A DNA stretch of 62,240 nucleotides, filler included, from Platydemus manokwari (taxonomy: Eukaryota): NCBI GenBank assembly GCA_037951405.1. It is 5 parts of 5 records of this genome, joined end to end, with 100 filler letters (N's around TTAATTAATTAA, not from the genome) between each part and the next. Parts side by side here need not be neighbours in the genome. Positions count along the whole stretch, not along the records: positions 1 to 15,309 come from JBBMOY011304761.1; positions 15,410 to 27,966 come from JBBMOY010083343.1; 3 more parts are not named here. One strand, 5' to 3'. This document shows positions 13,201 through 25,801 of this stretch, piece after piece. Under the pieces are notes generated by a model. It did no database searches and was not told where the DNA came from. It worked only from the letters and a program-made list of their open reading frames with translations. The position numbers and the translations under genes are program-made. The stretch's first letter is position 1; the number at the start of each line of letters is the position of its first letter.

Positions 13201-15309
13201 CACTATTGGGACCGAAATATTGCGGTATTGATTACTTTGATGTTTAATTTAATTGTAGACATCCTGTGTCGTTTTCTTTATATTTCTCTACACCGTCTAT
13301 AATATTAATTAGAGGTGGTGAGCTTTGGCTCACATTTGTCTTTCTCATGCGAAACAGATATTAACAATGTTTGTTATTTATCGGAACAATTATTGAACAT
13401 CAAATTTATGCGAGTTTAGGACTAAATGGCTGATATTTTTTACAAGAAAAAATTGGCCTACTCGCGAACTGTAAATAAATGAACTCAAAATCCGAATAAT
13501 ACTTTGATTGAACCAATGAAATGTTAGCCGAGTGAATGATCGGTATAATGGAAAATGATAACAACAGATATTAATGACAAGGTTTAAATCGACAAATGAT
13601 AATAGGAATGATACTTGGTAAAGTAACTCCGGAATGCAATCCGAATGGCGTACAAAAGACTTCGAATAACTCAAGAAATATTGAACAAAGGTTATTACCA
13701 TGGATTACCAAAGCGAAGCGAGTCAATTTATTATTAATTTTAATTATTAGCGTTATATAACTAAATGAAGCTGAGTCGCTTTATAATGGAATATGTATTC
13801 ATACTTACGGCTAAACGAAAAATGACACATTCGTATGGAGATGTTGTGGATCTACCTCAACAAACAACAAACACAAATGTAGAATAAATAACAAAATCAA
13901 TCAAAAAGTATCTGAGAAACCTTCAAATGGTCTACACACAAATAGTCAATCATATGACTTAAAATTATCAATCTCAATTACCACATAGAAACAGCAGGCA
14001 ACAAACACCCAGATAAGCCAATAGCACTAGAGTTAGAAGGTATTTTATGTACGGCCTAAGATGAAAATAGTTCTAACAAATGAAAACTAAAGTCCTAAGA
14101 CAATACATTTAGCATTCACGACAAATCTATCAGTAGTGCCAACTATCGAGGGAACAGCTAGTTTTTTACGGTCGCTAACTTCTATCGTTATATTTAACTT
14201 TAGGATTCTGAAATCATTGTTATCTGATATTTGGTTTTCTAAACTTATATTTTTCTGAGTAACTTTGATTTGTGATTTTTGAATGTTGTGCGTTAGCGAC
14301 CTAATCAAATTTGTATAAAGTGTCATTTTACAATTATAATTTTCAATATTTTGATTTCAATATTATCGCGGCATGGTTAGAATCTTTAATTTAAAAAGAT
14401 TTACTATTCCAAAAGTTTATTTCTACTTTAATCAATAATCACAACTGTAATCGATTCTACACAAACAAAAAATATCCCTATAAAAACTTGGTCCGAATTT
14501 AATAAATATTCTTAATTAATATGTACAGAATAGTCTAAATCAATTTCTGGATTAATAACCCTAGTCACGCGTTGAAATTCGAATCTTACACCTTTAATAA
14601 TATTACTTTTTCGTATATTTTTTCTTTATAATTTTTTATTTAATCCTCGATATTTTAATCTAGTATCCCAACTTTATCATTGTATTGAATAACAACATCA
14701 TAGATAATTTGATTGTATTCTAAAAACTTATCTCACATATTTCCAAATAATTTTAAAATATTGAAACATCTGATTTCATATATTTTATATCATACGCTTT
14801 TTTTATTTTCAAAATTTATATTTTTTTCGTTTTTTCAACATATTCGACTGAAAGATAATTCTGAGAGACATATCTCATATAATGATCGCTACATTTATTG
14901 ATGCAAATCAATACCATCTTTTTTGCATGTTAGGTGTTCCTCATTCACAAGATATGCATTAAAAACTATTTTAGAGGTTTAAAACAAAATTAAGTGTTTA
15001 TAAATTATTTTAAAAAATTAAATTGACGATTTACATATTTTTAAAAAATTTTAATTTTGTGCATTTAAGAATTTCCATATCTTGCTTTCATTACATTTCT
15101 TCCTATCATATTCACTTTCTGAAATTTTTGTATTCTTTACAATAAAAACTCCATTTCTTCTATCTTTTATGTATTTTTTACATCTTATCAATAGTTTATT
15201 TATATTTCATCAATATCGTCTCTATATATTTGTTACGTTCGGGCCTTATTGATTTTATTGTTTTAATAAACTTAATCCTATTGAATATCACTACTGTCTT
15301 AATCAGTCT

Positions 15310-15409
15310 NNNNNNNNNNNNNNNNNNNNNNNNNNNNNNNNNNNNNNNNNNNNTTAATTAATTAANNNNNNNNNNNNNNNNNNNNNNNNNNNNNNNNNNN
15401 NNNNNNNNN
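15310..15409. other. Assembly gap linker
   Basis: 44 N + TTAATTAATTAA (stops in six frames) + 44 N. Confidence 0.99.
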
Positions 15410-17169
15410 AAAAACCTTGATCTATTGGAGTCCAGATAAGTTAAAGATTTTGAAACCCTTATGATTTATTTTAATATCAAGATTGTATCATTAAATATTT
15501 ACAAATTGTACGTTGTTATTTTGAACCTAAATTATAAGTTATAAAACCTTATATAAAATTATCAAATCTTTGACAGTTTTCTTATTTTTTCACATTTACT
15601 TGTTCCATTATTATATTAGCAATTGATCTTTTGACTATAATTGTTCCCATAATAAATATAATTGCATTTTTTCAGTAGGTATTGAAGCCTTTCCACAGTA
15701 ATTCTGCTTCAATAAAGCAATACATCAAAGACACTAGATGAATTTAAATTATATAAAAGCTGACAGTCCTAATTATCTGTGATCCAATGATTTCCATCCG
15801 TCGAACTGCTTACTTTTTTATACGAGATTTAAAATTGTTGTGCCTTTTTGACAACTTATAATAAATTCTTTTGCTATTTTCTCGCAATAGAGGTTATTGA
15901 TTCAGAACTGTTCAGTTTTAAATAACTCATTTATACTAAACTAATTATTTTTTTAGAATTATAACATATTATTAATATTTTAAAACAAATATGGAATCAA
16001 GGTTGAGATTTTAATTATTCGGACATGTTGACCAGTTATACATTCATCATATCAATTATTGAAATCTTTGGATAAGTTGGTAATACTTGAATCACAAAAT
16101 CATTTTATCAGATAATATCACTTCATGAATGAGAGAAATTTGGTTAAAATGCTATTTTGGTTGTCTAAAATCCCATAAATTATTGCAATGCCCATTGCAG
16201 CGGTCGTGACAATAAAACCGATCATTGCAAGACTCAAATTATCCTTGGTAACCATCACATATTCATAAAGAGGCTTAGATATTAAAACGTATTGGGCCAT
16301 CATGACTAGAATGTTGAGGAAAAGTGGTAAAACTATTACCGAGAGAAATGTCAAAATTGATCCGAAATCAACAATTAAGTATAGCATTTCATGTATTGAT
16401 AATAATATTCAATAATATTTATATTAATAATTTGATTTGTATATTAAATAGAGATTTTTAATATCATTGGAAACTAATTTTTTACTCATGAAAGTACTTT
16501 TAAGAAATTCGTATTATTTTGGACGGTTTTAATTTTCAAACAATAATAATATTCTTTGTGGACAGATTTGATTCAAGTTTAATGCGTCGGTATGTCGGTA
16601 AGATTATGAAAGGGTCAGTTTCAATCTATCCTTGACGAAATCTAAACACAATTAGCCAAAGAATACCTCACGAGTCTACTATGGATCAACTATATCGGTA
16701 ATTACTAGAGAACTGGTATAAGTTAATATAAGAAAGAACGCAAAAAATTGATTACGGTTGAGAGCTTCAAGCAAGGTTAAAAGCAATCTTAAACAACTGA
16801 CCAACAATTGCAAACAACAACATTTCAATATGATAATAACTTTAATTGGTGATAATTTTCAATTTTTATCTGTATTTGGTGTATCGAAATCTGTATAAAT
16901 TCATAATATTTTTGTAAACTCTACATCTTTCAATGCATGATATATTTTATGCTAACAAAAAAATGGTTTCATTAAATTCTCGATTCCTAAATAATTAGTT
17001 AGAATTAGTAATGAAAATGCTGGTATTAATACTGTTGAGTGAGTCGAAATCTTGCAAAAGAAAATCGGATTTGCACCTTTGAATCCTTGTTTAATCACTT
17101 TAATCATTAGCATACCTACACAATAATACACGCATGTCGATATACCAATCATAATTGACACAGATAGAA

Positions 17170-17375
17170 AATGATAATTTAAAAAAAAGACATAGTCACA
17201 CAACAAACCCAAATATGAGAATTGACCAATCCCTCACAAACAAAATAAGCTCCATAGAAAAATGAAAAAAAGATCAAATCAAAATGTGATACACAAGTGA
17301 CACGAAAATTGCACACAGATCTCGAGCGTAAATGTCTATATGAAAATGGCCAACTGCCAGTTGGAAGTCAAGGAT
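17170..17375 (-). repeat. Dispersed repeat family A copy (inverted)
   Basis: Contains ATTGACCAATCCC and ATGGCCAACTGCCAGTTG, the reverse complements of family A blocks. Confidence 0.7.
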
Positions 17376-17599
17376 TGAAAGGGGTTTTTTGAGATAATGC
17401 ATTGAGTGATAGAGCCGTACTGTTTAGTACGTGTGCCAGTTGAAAGTCAAGTTTTGGTTGTATTATTGTGATAATTTGTGAGTCGTACTGATTAGTAATT
17501 AAATAAAGTTTGCAACCTTCGATTTTCGGAGTCAGTAATTATTTAGTTATTTAGAATTTAGTCCCCAATAATACTAAGAACTATTAAAAGCCACTCATT

Positions 17600-17944
17600 T
17601 TTCAACCACAAATCAAATACGAAAAACGTCATTTTACCCACTTTCTACTGGCAGTTGACCATCTTTACATCAGTATTCATATTTGATATTGTGCGTTATT
17701 TGTGTATCACATATTGTTTGATATTTTGTTTCTAAAGTTTCAATTGAATTTATTGACTTCGTGTGATTGGGATTGGTCAATCGTGATGTGTGTTACTGTA
17801 TAGCTATGAAAATCTTTCGAATTAGAATATTCCTTTTAAAGTCCTCTCTGATTGGCTATTTAATATAGCTGTATGGATGTATATGCACTCAAATGCTTCC
17901 TACGTGCAATATCATTTTTCTTTTGTGTGCTTTCATCTTTACAC
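17600..17944 (+). repeat. Dispersed repeat family A copy
   Basis: Highly similar to the reverse complement of 21929-22296. Confidence 0.8.
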
Positions 17945-18272
17945 TCATATTAATCCGGGATTTATCCTCATGATACAACTATTTCCTATTTTGACACAAT
18001 AAATTTTAAGTAAAATTTAAATGTGTTCGAATCCACTAATGAGAGAATTATGAAAATCCTATTCTGTTAATGATAAAGATTAGAAAACTTATCTATTAGA
18101 ATACTCACTGTAATTATCACCAATGATTATTCTAAAACCTCTCAAAACCTTTAAATCCATTCCACATTTGATTCACATTTTATAAGTTTTTTACATTAAT
18201 ATTTATTATCAAATATCATTTATAGATAAATTCAAAATTATTGATTATCAAATATTATTACGTTAACGTCAA

Positions 18273-19256
18273 ATGAAAGATAATACTCCACCAGGACTGT
18301 ATAAAAAGAACATTAACTATTCCCAATGTAAACAACCGACTTTTGAAATTTACGAGAAAAAGGAATTAGGTAAAAAAGATTGGCTTTTACCGTATCGTAA
18401 AGCATCTTTTCGAGTGACTTCCCACTTTCGATCAAAATCAAAATCGGTACTCATACCAAAATGGATAGACAATTTGCATTTACACTTGGCAGATATTATG
18501 CCTAAATCACCACCATATGTACCAAAATTACTCCAATATTTCGTCAATCGAATTGAATTAGAATTGTCTGAAGGAAAGATTAATATCAATAATTATGTTG
18601 TCAAGATTGATTTTAATCATCCTTCAGTTCTGATAATCAAGAATTATGTTTTTCAGGAAAATAAAGATTTCATAAATATCGATTACTTCAACAACCTTCA
18701 CATATCGTGGATCATAAACATGTTGAAATTAATACTATTTCTTCTTCGAAGTAAACCTCTGATAATTCAAAGAATTCCCTTGCTTAAGATCATTGAACAA
18801 CCATTGTTCGATAAGTATCACCGACCAAATATTAATATCAAACCAAAGTTATCCGATATTTGTATGAAACTAAGCAAATCAGATATGGACACTTTAGGAT
18901 TTTTAATGGTTCATATAATACACTTTTGGAAATACGATTACACACCAACACCAGTGAAAAATCAACTGGCCGATGTTTTCGGATCTTTGTTGATTACATT
19001 TACTATTGAGGATCTTACCACAGACGATTCATCAAAAAGCCCAGAAGCTGCATTATTAGAAGTGATATTGGAAGTGTGTGATTATCATTTTTGGTATAAA
19101 TTAACTCATAATAACATTATATATTTATTTGACAATATAAAAGGAGATAGCTTGCAAAGTAAACCAATAACTGTTGATAGACCAATTCATCTGTCACCAA
19201 TCATTTACTTCACTGGATCGATAACTCAGTCGTATTCAGAGAAAGATGGTAACTAA
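18273..19256 (+). CDS. Intronless RacGAP1/CYK-4-like RhoGAP-domain protein, probably catalytically inactive
   Basis: 327-aa ORF. LADIMPKSPPYVPKLLQYFVNRIE, DTLGFLMVHI, NQLADVFGSLLI and LLEVILEVCDYHFW parallel RacGAP1 [45 protein letters not shown] and VERLLSLPLEYW. The GLYR arginine-finger motif is absent. Confidence 0.75.
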   Translation: MKDNTPPGLYKKNINYSQCKQPTFEIYEKKELGKKDWLLPYRKASFRVTSHFRSKSKSVLIPKWIDNLHLHLADIMPKSPPYVPKLLQYFVNRIELELSEGKININNYVVKIDFNHPSVLIIKNYVFQENKDFINIDYFNNLHISWIINMLKLILFLLRSKPLIIQRIPLLKIIEQPLFDKYHRPNINIKPKLSDICMKLSKSDMDTLGFLMVHIIHFWKYDYTPTPVKNQLADVFGSLLITFTIEDLTTDDSSKSPEAALLEVILEVCDYHFWYKLTHNNIIYLFDNIKGDSLQSKPITVDRPIHLSPIIYFTGSITQSYSEKDGN

Positions 19257-19376
19257 ATTCTAATATATTATTTCGAATAATTATAACTTTTTAATTTTAT
19301 AATTTCTATGAAAGAATAGTTAAAAAAGTTTTTCCATGTATAAATCATAACAAGAAATACATTGTAACGTCTACAC

Positions 19377-19665
19377 CAAGGGTATGCAAACTTTTTAAAT
19401 TGCGCCCCCATTTTTATTATATTAGCTACTGACACCCCTAAAATGGGCCACGTAATAGGTCATAACTCCCATACGAAATACTATTTGATTGAAATAAATA
19501 TCTTCATACTAAGATATAATTCAAATTATGATTTTCTATTAATATATAATTTTATCACAAAATAAAAATTGCAGTTAATTGAAAAGAATAAAGCAACAAT
19601 AAAATAAAATTTTATTTTAGAATTAACAATTTTAGACGCTCCCAATATAATGTTTCGTGCCCCTG
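19377..19665. mobile_element. Non-autonomous hAT-type MITE (289 bp)
   Basis: Imperfect TIRs CAAGGGTATGCAAAC / GTTTCGTGCCCCTG, flanked by a perfect 8-bp TSD GTCTACAC (19369-19376 and 19666-19673). Confidence 0.85.
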
Positions 19666-19789
19666 GTCTACACAACTAATGATCGCTGTTTCAGATAAAT
19701 ACTTGAGAGATATAATGAAAGCATGTTTTAAAATAAATGTAAAACATTAAAAAAAACTAATATTTATTAGACATAAAATTACTCACCTC

Positions 19790-21010
19790 GACTTTAAAGT
19801 TTACCATATGATTTGTTCAGTTTCATCTTCCTGATATAAGTCTGGGGCAGTAGCGGACTTCAGGTATCAGGAGCAGCAAATCTTTGAGCTTCTCTATAAG
19901 TTTTTTGATTTTTGATTTTATGTGTACCTGAGTAGTGTAGGTTGTTTGATGGTTTCCTAGAGTCATACGATTGTTTGAGATTGTAGAGTTTTATTGTCTG
20001 TTGGCATTAGTCGATTGAGATTGTAGATTTGGATATTGAGATATGTCTTTGGAAGAGTCATTGGAGCGTATTGAGTTGATGCTAGAGAATTTTGTTTGAA
20101 AAGATTATTTTGCAGAGTAGTATGTCCATTGAAATCTTTATAAGGTAGCCTGGATTGTTCATACAATATGTAAGTTGGTTGATTCTCAGGTGAAGTGTTA
20201 TTGGATAATGTGGTCGATTGAGAGCATGTTCAGTCTGGATGCATGGTGAGTAGTATAGAATGTTTACGAGTAGTTCATGTGTTTGATATTTATCGGGCAT
20301 GGTCTGGATTTTTAAAAGATCGACAGTGTAAATTATAGTAAATTACAGCTAAAAGTTTAATTTATTGAAACTTTTAATGAGAAATTGTATATAGAGTTTG
20401 AAAGTGTAAAAGATTAAGAAATTTTTAAAATCGTATTTAAATTATTTAAAAAGAAGTTTGTTTAAGTAACTTAGTGTAAATTTAAATCATTTTAATAATT
20501 TAGAAATTTTGAGTAAAGTGAAGATTCACTATAGTTTGTTATAGTCTTATGTATTAATTAAGAAGATTGTACTGCATTTTGGTCATAGATAAAATTTTGT
20601 GAGTTTATTGAATTGTAAGGTTGAATGTGTTTGCTCCATCTTATAAAAAATGTCTAGGTTTGTTGGTAATTCATGTCGAATGCGTTGGTGTGTATGCTGG
20701 TTTTGTTTTTTTGGAGTATATATTAATTACGTATTTGTAGGTCAGTATTCTCAGCGATAAAGATTTGACAATATGTGTTGGAAGTGTTATATGTGATAAA
20801 GTTTATAAGTTGGTTAATGTTTTTTGTGTTTGGATTTAAATTTAATATGTACAAATGATTGTAATTGTAACTCGGAGTGTGAGATAACCTGAGTAGTTGA
20901 AAACTTAATATTGGATATGCTTGAGTTCTGTTAGTGAGTTGGTGTGGGGTTAATGGAGTGTTTCGTTGGATGTAGAAATAAATACTTGTGTATTGGAGTC
21001 TGAAGTTACC
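19790..21010 (-). mobile_element. Degraded retroelement relic, possibly the 3' part of a Penelope-like element
   Basis: Strongly AC-skewed minus strand with broken frames. An HQLNTLQ-like segment resembles Penelope GIY-YIG C-termini, and there is a terminal hairpin near 19810-19885. No intact domain. Confidence 0.3.
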
Positions 21011-21208
21011 TAAAGATAAATATGTTAAGTTTGTAAAAATATGTTTAAAATTTGAAAAATCTAAAAATAGAAATTAAAAAAACAAAAAATAATCTCTACG
21101 CGAGCAAGTCGATTATTAAAGAAATATTAGTTTGAGCATGATGAGGGGGGGTATATTTTTAGAATTTTTGTTTAATCAACTTCTTTGAAAATTATTATTT
21201 TCATTTAA

Positions 21209-21421
21209 CCCTTTCAATACGACTTTTGGCCAGTGAAAATGTTTTTTGTATAACTGAACTATATGTGTTGCAAATAAATAAAGGAACATATTTACATAAT
21301 TTCAGATTTTTAGAAAATATGGTTTTTTGAAAAAATTCCTTGCAGTAGTTTAATGCGAATATTTTTCGCATCAGTAATTTTTGAACATTCTCTCGGACTT
21401 ATCCCCGCAGTATTGAAAGGG
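21209..21421. mobile_element. piggyBac-type MITE (213 bp)
   Basis: Perfect 12-bp TIRs CCCTTTCAATAC / GTATTGAAAGGG with TTAA on both sides (21205-21208, 21422-21425). Confidence 0.9.
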
Positions 21422-21928
21422 TTAACATATATAGTATGATTCTCATGTTTCTTTACCAATTTAATAGATTTTTTTATATTAAAAAAAAAACTTGATCATT
21501 TCAAATTTTTTATTCAGGCAATAACTTGAACTCGATTATTTAACAAACTTTTTATTTATTATTAATGATAGATAATTATATTCACATTAAATATATAAAA
21601 TCGTGGATGGTTTTAAGAAGGATAAAAGATATTTAAAGAACACTGAAAATATTCGGATTTAATCAGTTTTAAATATTTTTTTCACATTATTGGTTGTCCG
21701 TACTGTGTATCTTGAAATTCGTTTTGTTTCATCATGCGATTATCCCCAATAAATTTGTGTGGGTTTTCATGCGAAAAATAGTAGAATACATAGGATTATA
21801 GAGAATTAGTACTAATATTATTATTAAATATTTTCATTTTATTTTCATTTATAATTATTGAAATCTTATTATGAATTGTTTTTTATTTTTAATTAGTATT
21901 ATATTTATTATATAAAATAAATTATATT

Positions 21929-22296
21929 GTTGGTAAAGATGGAATCATACAAAAGAAAAATGATTTTGCACCTCAGAACCATTATTTCGGCATTTTAAGC
22001 GCATACATGCTTATACAACGATACAGAGATTTCAACTAACTAATCAGAGAGGACTTAAAAGGAAGATTCTAATATTGAAAAATGGGCATCAGTACACAGT
22101 AACACACATATCACGATTGACCAATCCCGATAAGTAAAATTAGTAAATTCAATTGAAAATTGAGAAACAAAATATCAAAACCAAATGTGATACCCAAATA
22201 GCACACAATATCAAATATGAATACTGATGTATAGATGGTCAACTGCCAGTTTGAAGCCAAATAACATGACATTTTTTCGTAGTGGATCTATGGGGC
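21929..22296 (-). repeat. Dispersed repeat family A copy (inverted)
   Basis: Reverse complement is collinear with 17600-17944 over about 330 bp. Confidence 0.8.
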
Positions 22297-25039
22297 ATTA
22301 TGATGAATTTCGAAGTCGTTTTTATATGCATTGATTACTACGATTTAGTGAAATATAATTTATATCATTCAATTTTTTTAAATTCAACATTTCTATTACA
22401 AAATACACTTTAAATGAAAAACTAACAAACTATAATTAATCATATGTTTCTATGACAATATTTGAGATATGTCATTTCAAAGTTAGACTTTATGTCAAGT
22501 TATAATGATAAATTATTCGTTAAATTACACAAGGAACAATACTAGAATTAAGAATAAATCACAAAGTTATTTTTGAGATTATACTGCCAGTTATTTTACC
22601 ATATTTAAAAGGTGCTAACATTTATTAAAATGATCATTGAATATAAATAGTTGTTAATAATTACTGTATTTATTATACTTTCAGATAAAGAATCGATTTC
22701 GCATATGTTTTAATTTAACGGTTGATTTTTTCACCTATTATTTATAAGTGTGTGAAGAGCATGAATACTAATTACGGCCATTTATGATTTTTATGGAGTT
22801 TTTTTTGAATAAATATAATCTTTCAATGATTATTGGAACGATTTGAGCTATAATGATTACGTGTGTAAACTAATGAAATTTTTTTAATAATATATAAACA
22901 TTTTACCGTGAACATTTTGTAATATTTATATATTTATATATTTATGTATTTAAAAATTAAGAGATGCTTGTTAAAAAATAGTATATGTCTGCAATAATAT
23001 AGATAATATTATTAGATTATTTGTACTAACAACAAAGACTCATTGGTAATAAGATCTATTACATTTTTCTGTAAAGCTAAACATCGGTTTGGATGAATAA
23101 ATTAATACAGTGTATTTGTCAACTATTTAAAATATACTTATTCCTCTAGCCTGTTATTCATCAAAATTGGGCACCAATAGTTCCAGTAAGTGGTTGTATA
23201 ATATCCTTCGTGGTAACACAGCTACACATTTATGATCGCATCACCCAAATTTTAAAATTGTAGTTTCCTATTCATCAATAAACTATTAATGATTTGTTCT
23301 AATGATATCGATATCATATTTATATATATTATATACAATCTATTAATTGTTAAAAGAGAAAATATTAGAGAAATTTATTCATCCAAGACCGATTTTCAGC
23401 ATAATTGAAGAATTTTATAGTTAATTATTAATAGTCGTTACTGTTAATAAACTTAATCAAAATCACCTTTGAAGTCCCTCATTGTTGAACCTAGTAATTA
23501 TAGTCGTAAACCGCAATCATTTTATATAAATTACGTATTGGAAAGTAGTTGAAAAATTTCGACACGAAATTACATATTTAATCACGGTTGTCTAAACAAA
23601 TTAATATACATTGTTATTAATTTATAAAAAATTTTAATTTTCAAAATCTTCACATCTCCTTTCTTTTAAATGTTTGACTTTCTATGCATTCTTAATTATT
23701 TCTGTACCAATTTATCCAAATGAAAATTTCTATTTCTTCTCTCTACTTTATATCTTCTTTCGATTTCCTTTATATCTTATTTATATTGTGAGGAAAATTT
23801 AAAGAAACAAATAATAATTTAAAACAATAATTTTAATAAAAAGCTTTAATTACTCATTTAATAATTTAATAAATTTCAAAATAATAAATAATAATTTGAA
23901 ACATTGTTAAATTATTTAATATAAAATAATTATTAAATAATTTAAATATTTGATTCTATACCTGCTTAAGATTAAAATCTAAACCTCTAGAAAAAGATTT
24001 TTAAAAGGATTTAAATTTGCTTAAAAATTGTTTTATTTGTTGGTATAAAATAAAAGTTAAGAAAATCATAGAAATGATTTCTTCCGTTGAATCCTCAATT
24101 TTAAGCGAAGTAGCTACTACTAACACATATCATCTCTATATCTTTTATACAACTTCTCTATATCTTATTTACATGTTTTTGTATCTTCTCTATATCATTA
24201 TCATTGTTTCGCATATTTTTATGTCGTAGGCATTCTCTGAATCAAATCCAAATCTGTGCTCACCATGTCCATTTTTATAAAGTAAATGAAGAATTTCGGC
24301 ACCAAATTATATATTTAAACACAATTATTTAAACAAATTAATATCCTTTGATAATAATTTAAATATAAAATCCTCACAAAGGTGATAATGATTATAAGGG
24401 TAATATTAGTAGTAATAATGATATCAATGATAGTAATAATAATAGATCAGTAATAATTTTCATAAATGATACTAATCTTTATGAATTAAGCTTAACTAAA
24501 CTTATAGATAAATAAATACTCTAAATAAAATTATCTAACCATCAAAATAGTTATGACTAACAATTGATTACAAAACATAGGCTCACGTGTTACATCAATA
24601 GTATTAATTTATTTGTATTTTTCGAATTAAATCGTGAGAATTTTCAAAATTATTACTCTATTAAATAAACGGAAGTGCCAAATAATTGATAATATCAACA
24701 ATATAAATAAATAAAATGAATTAAAATAAATAAAAAAAAATAATCCAATGCAATACTAGAATATTTATTTATGAAAGATGTTTGAAAATTTTTGCTCCTT
24801 GATTGAAAAATAGAATTTGTTTCTCATGAATTTGTTGTGAATTTTTTTTAGAGCTTATTTAGATAAAATTAAATAAAATCAACGATAACTTATAATTCGA
24901 ATTTTAGTTAATTTTATCAGGATTTAGTGTATTTTATTATTTCATATGAGTTATCTATTTGTTTAATGTAGATTTAACGTTTAATCGAACTGATAAAATC
25001 AATACATAATGTCATCAAAGGATGTTGCTATTGGTCAGT

Positions 25040-25801
25040 TTAACTGTCTGTCACCGGACGTGTATTGACCCATTCAGAAACATCAACATTTGCATGAAGA
25101 ATTCTTTCGCGTAGTTCTTTCAGTTTGGGAAAGTCGTCATACAAAACTGGTAATTTCATCAGGAAATCAGTCATTACAATAAAATACAATTCGGCTAGCG
25201 AAATATTCGGGCCAGAAAAGAATCCAGTTTCTCTGATAAAACTTTCAAGTACCTGAATGAATATGGTCAAAATAATTACATTCTCAGACTTATTGCTTTA
25301 CTTCAAGCAAATTTCTACCAGTGTTATTTACAAACTCATTTCGCAGTTCTTCTTTCTTTTCTTCTGGGACATGGAACGATCTATACATTGCTTCCATAAT
25401 ATCTGTGATCTGCAGATATTTAAATCGAATATTAGAAAAGAAATATATAGATTTATTAACCTGACCAATTGCTCTTTCTATTAAATAATATTCCGCAGAA
25501 TCATTACCCATAAAACCATGTTTTTTAGCCACCATTCGAGCGATTGCCATGCTTTGGGTGAGTTTTTTATCTTCATACTCAACAACAGGCAAAGTTCCAG
25601 TGGGTGTAGTTGGTTTTAGAGCGGGCCAGTCTTCGCGTTTTATTCTCACGTCTTCAAATTCAATTTTACTAGCTTTTAAAACTAGTCGAATAATCTCTGC
25701 CTTTCCTCGTGCATCGAAATAGATTACCTGAACGTTTGTGTACTTTTGGTTAAAACAATGGCGACTGGATAATAATTATATCAAACCTTAATCTTAGACA
25801 T
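25040..25801 (-). CDS. gst: Glutathione S-transferase, sigma class (Schistosoma 28-kDa GST-like), 200 aa. Exons 25801-25787, 25727-25461, 25409-25302, 25252-25040
   Basis: Spliced product MSKIKVIYFDARGKAEIIRLVL...EDVRIKREDWPALKPTTPTGTLPV...QSMAIARMVAKKHGFMG...ISLAELY...FPKLKELRERI...RPVTDS, with the catalytic Tyr. Three GT-AG phase-0 introns of 59, 51 and 49 nt. Confidence 0.95.

Noticed and set aside
13400-13560. Possible Tc1/mariner C-terminal relic (LQEK..YSR...NELKIRII)
   Set aside because: It needs several frameshifts and no TIRs were found.
14087-14326. ORF ending FVVNAKCIVLGL, reminiscent of a gypsy protease C-terminus
   Set aside because: No catalytic DTG motif or adjoining retro domains. 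Too degraded to call.
16118-17212. Two hydrophobic minus-strand ORFs (89 and 86 aa) suggesting a membrane protein
   Set aside because: I could not build a consistent spliced model or recognise a family, and the upstream ORF starts inside repeat family A. A real small gene or pseudogene is not excluded.
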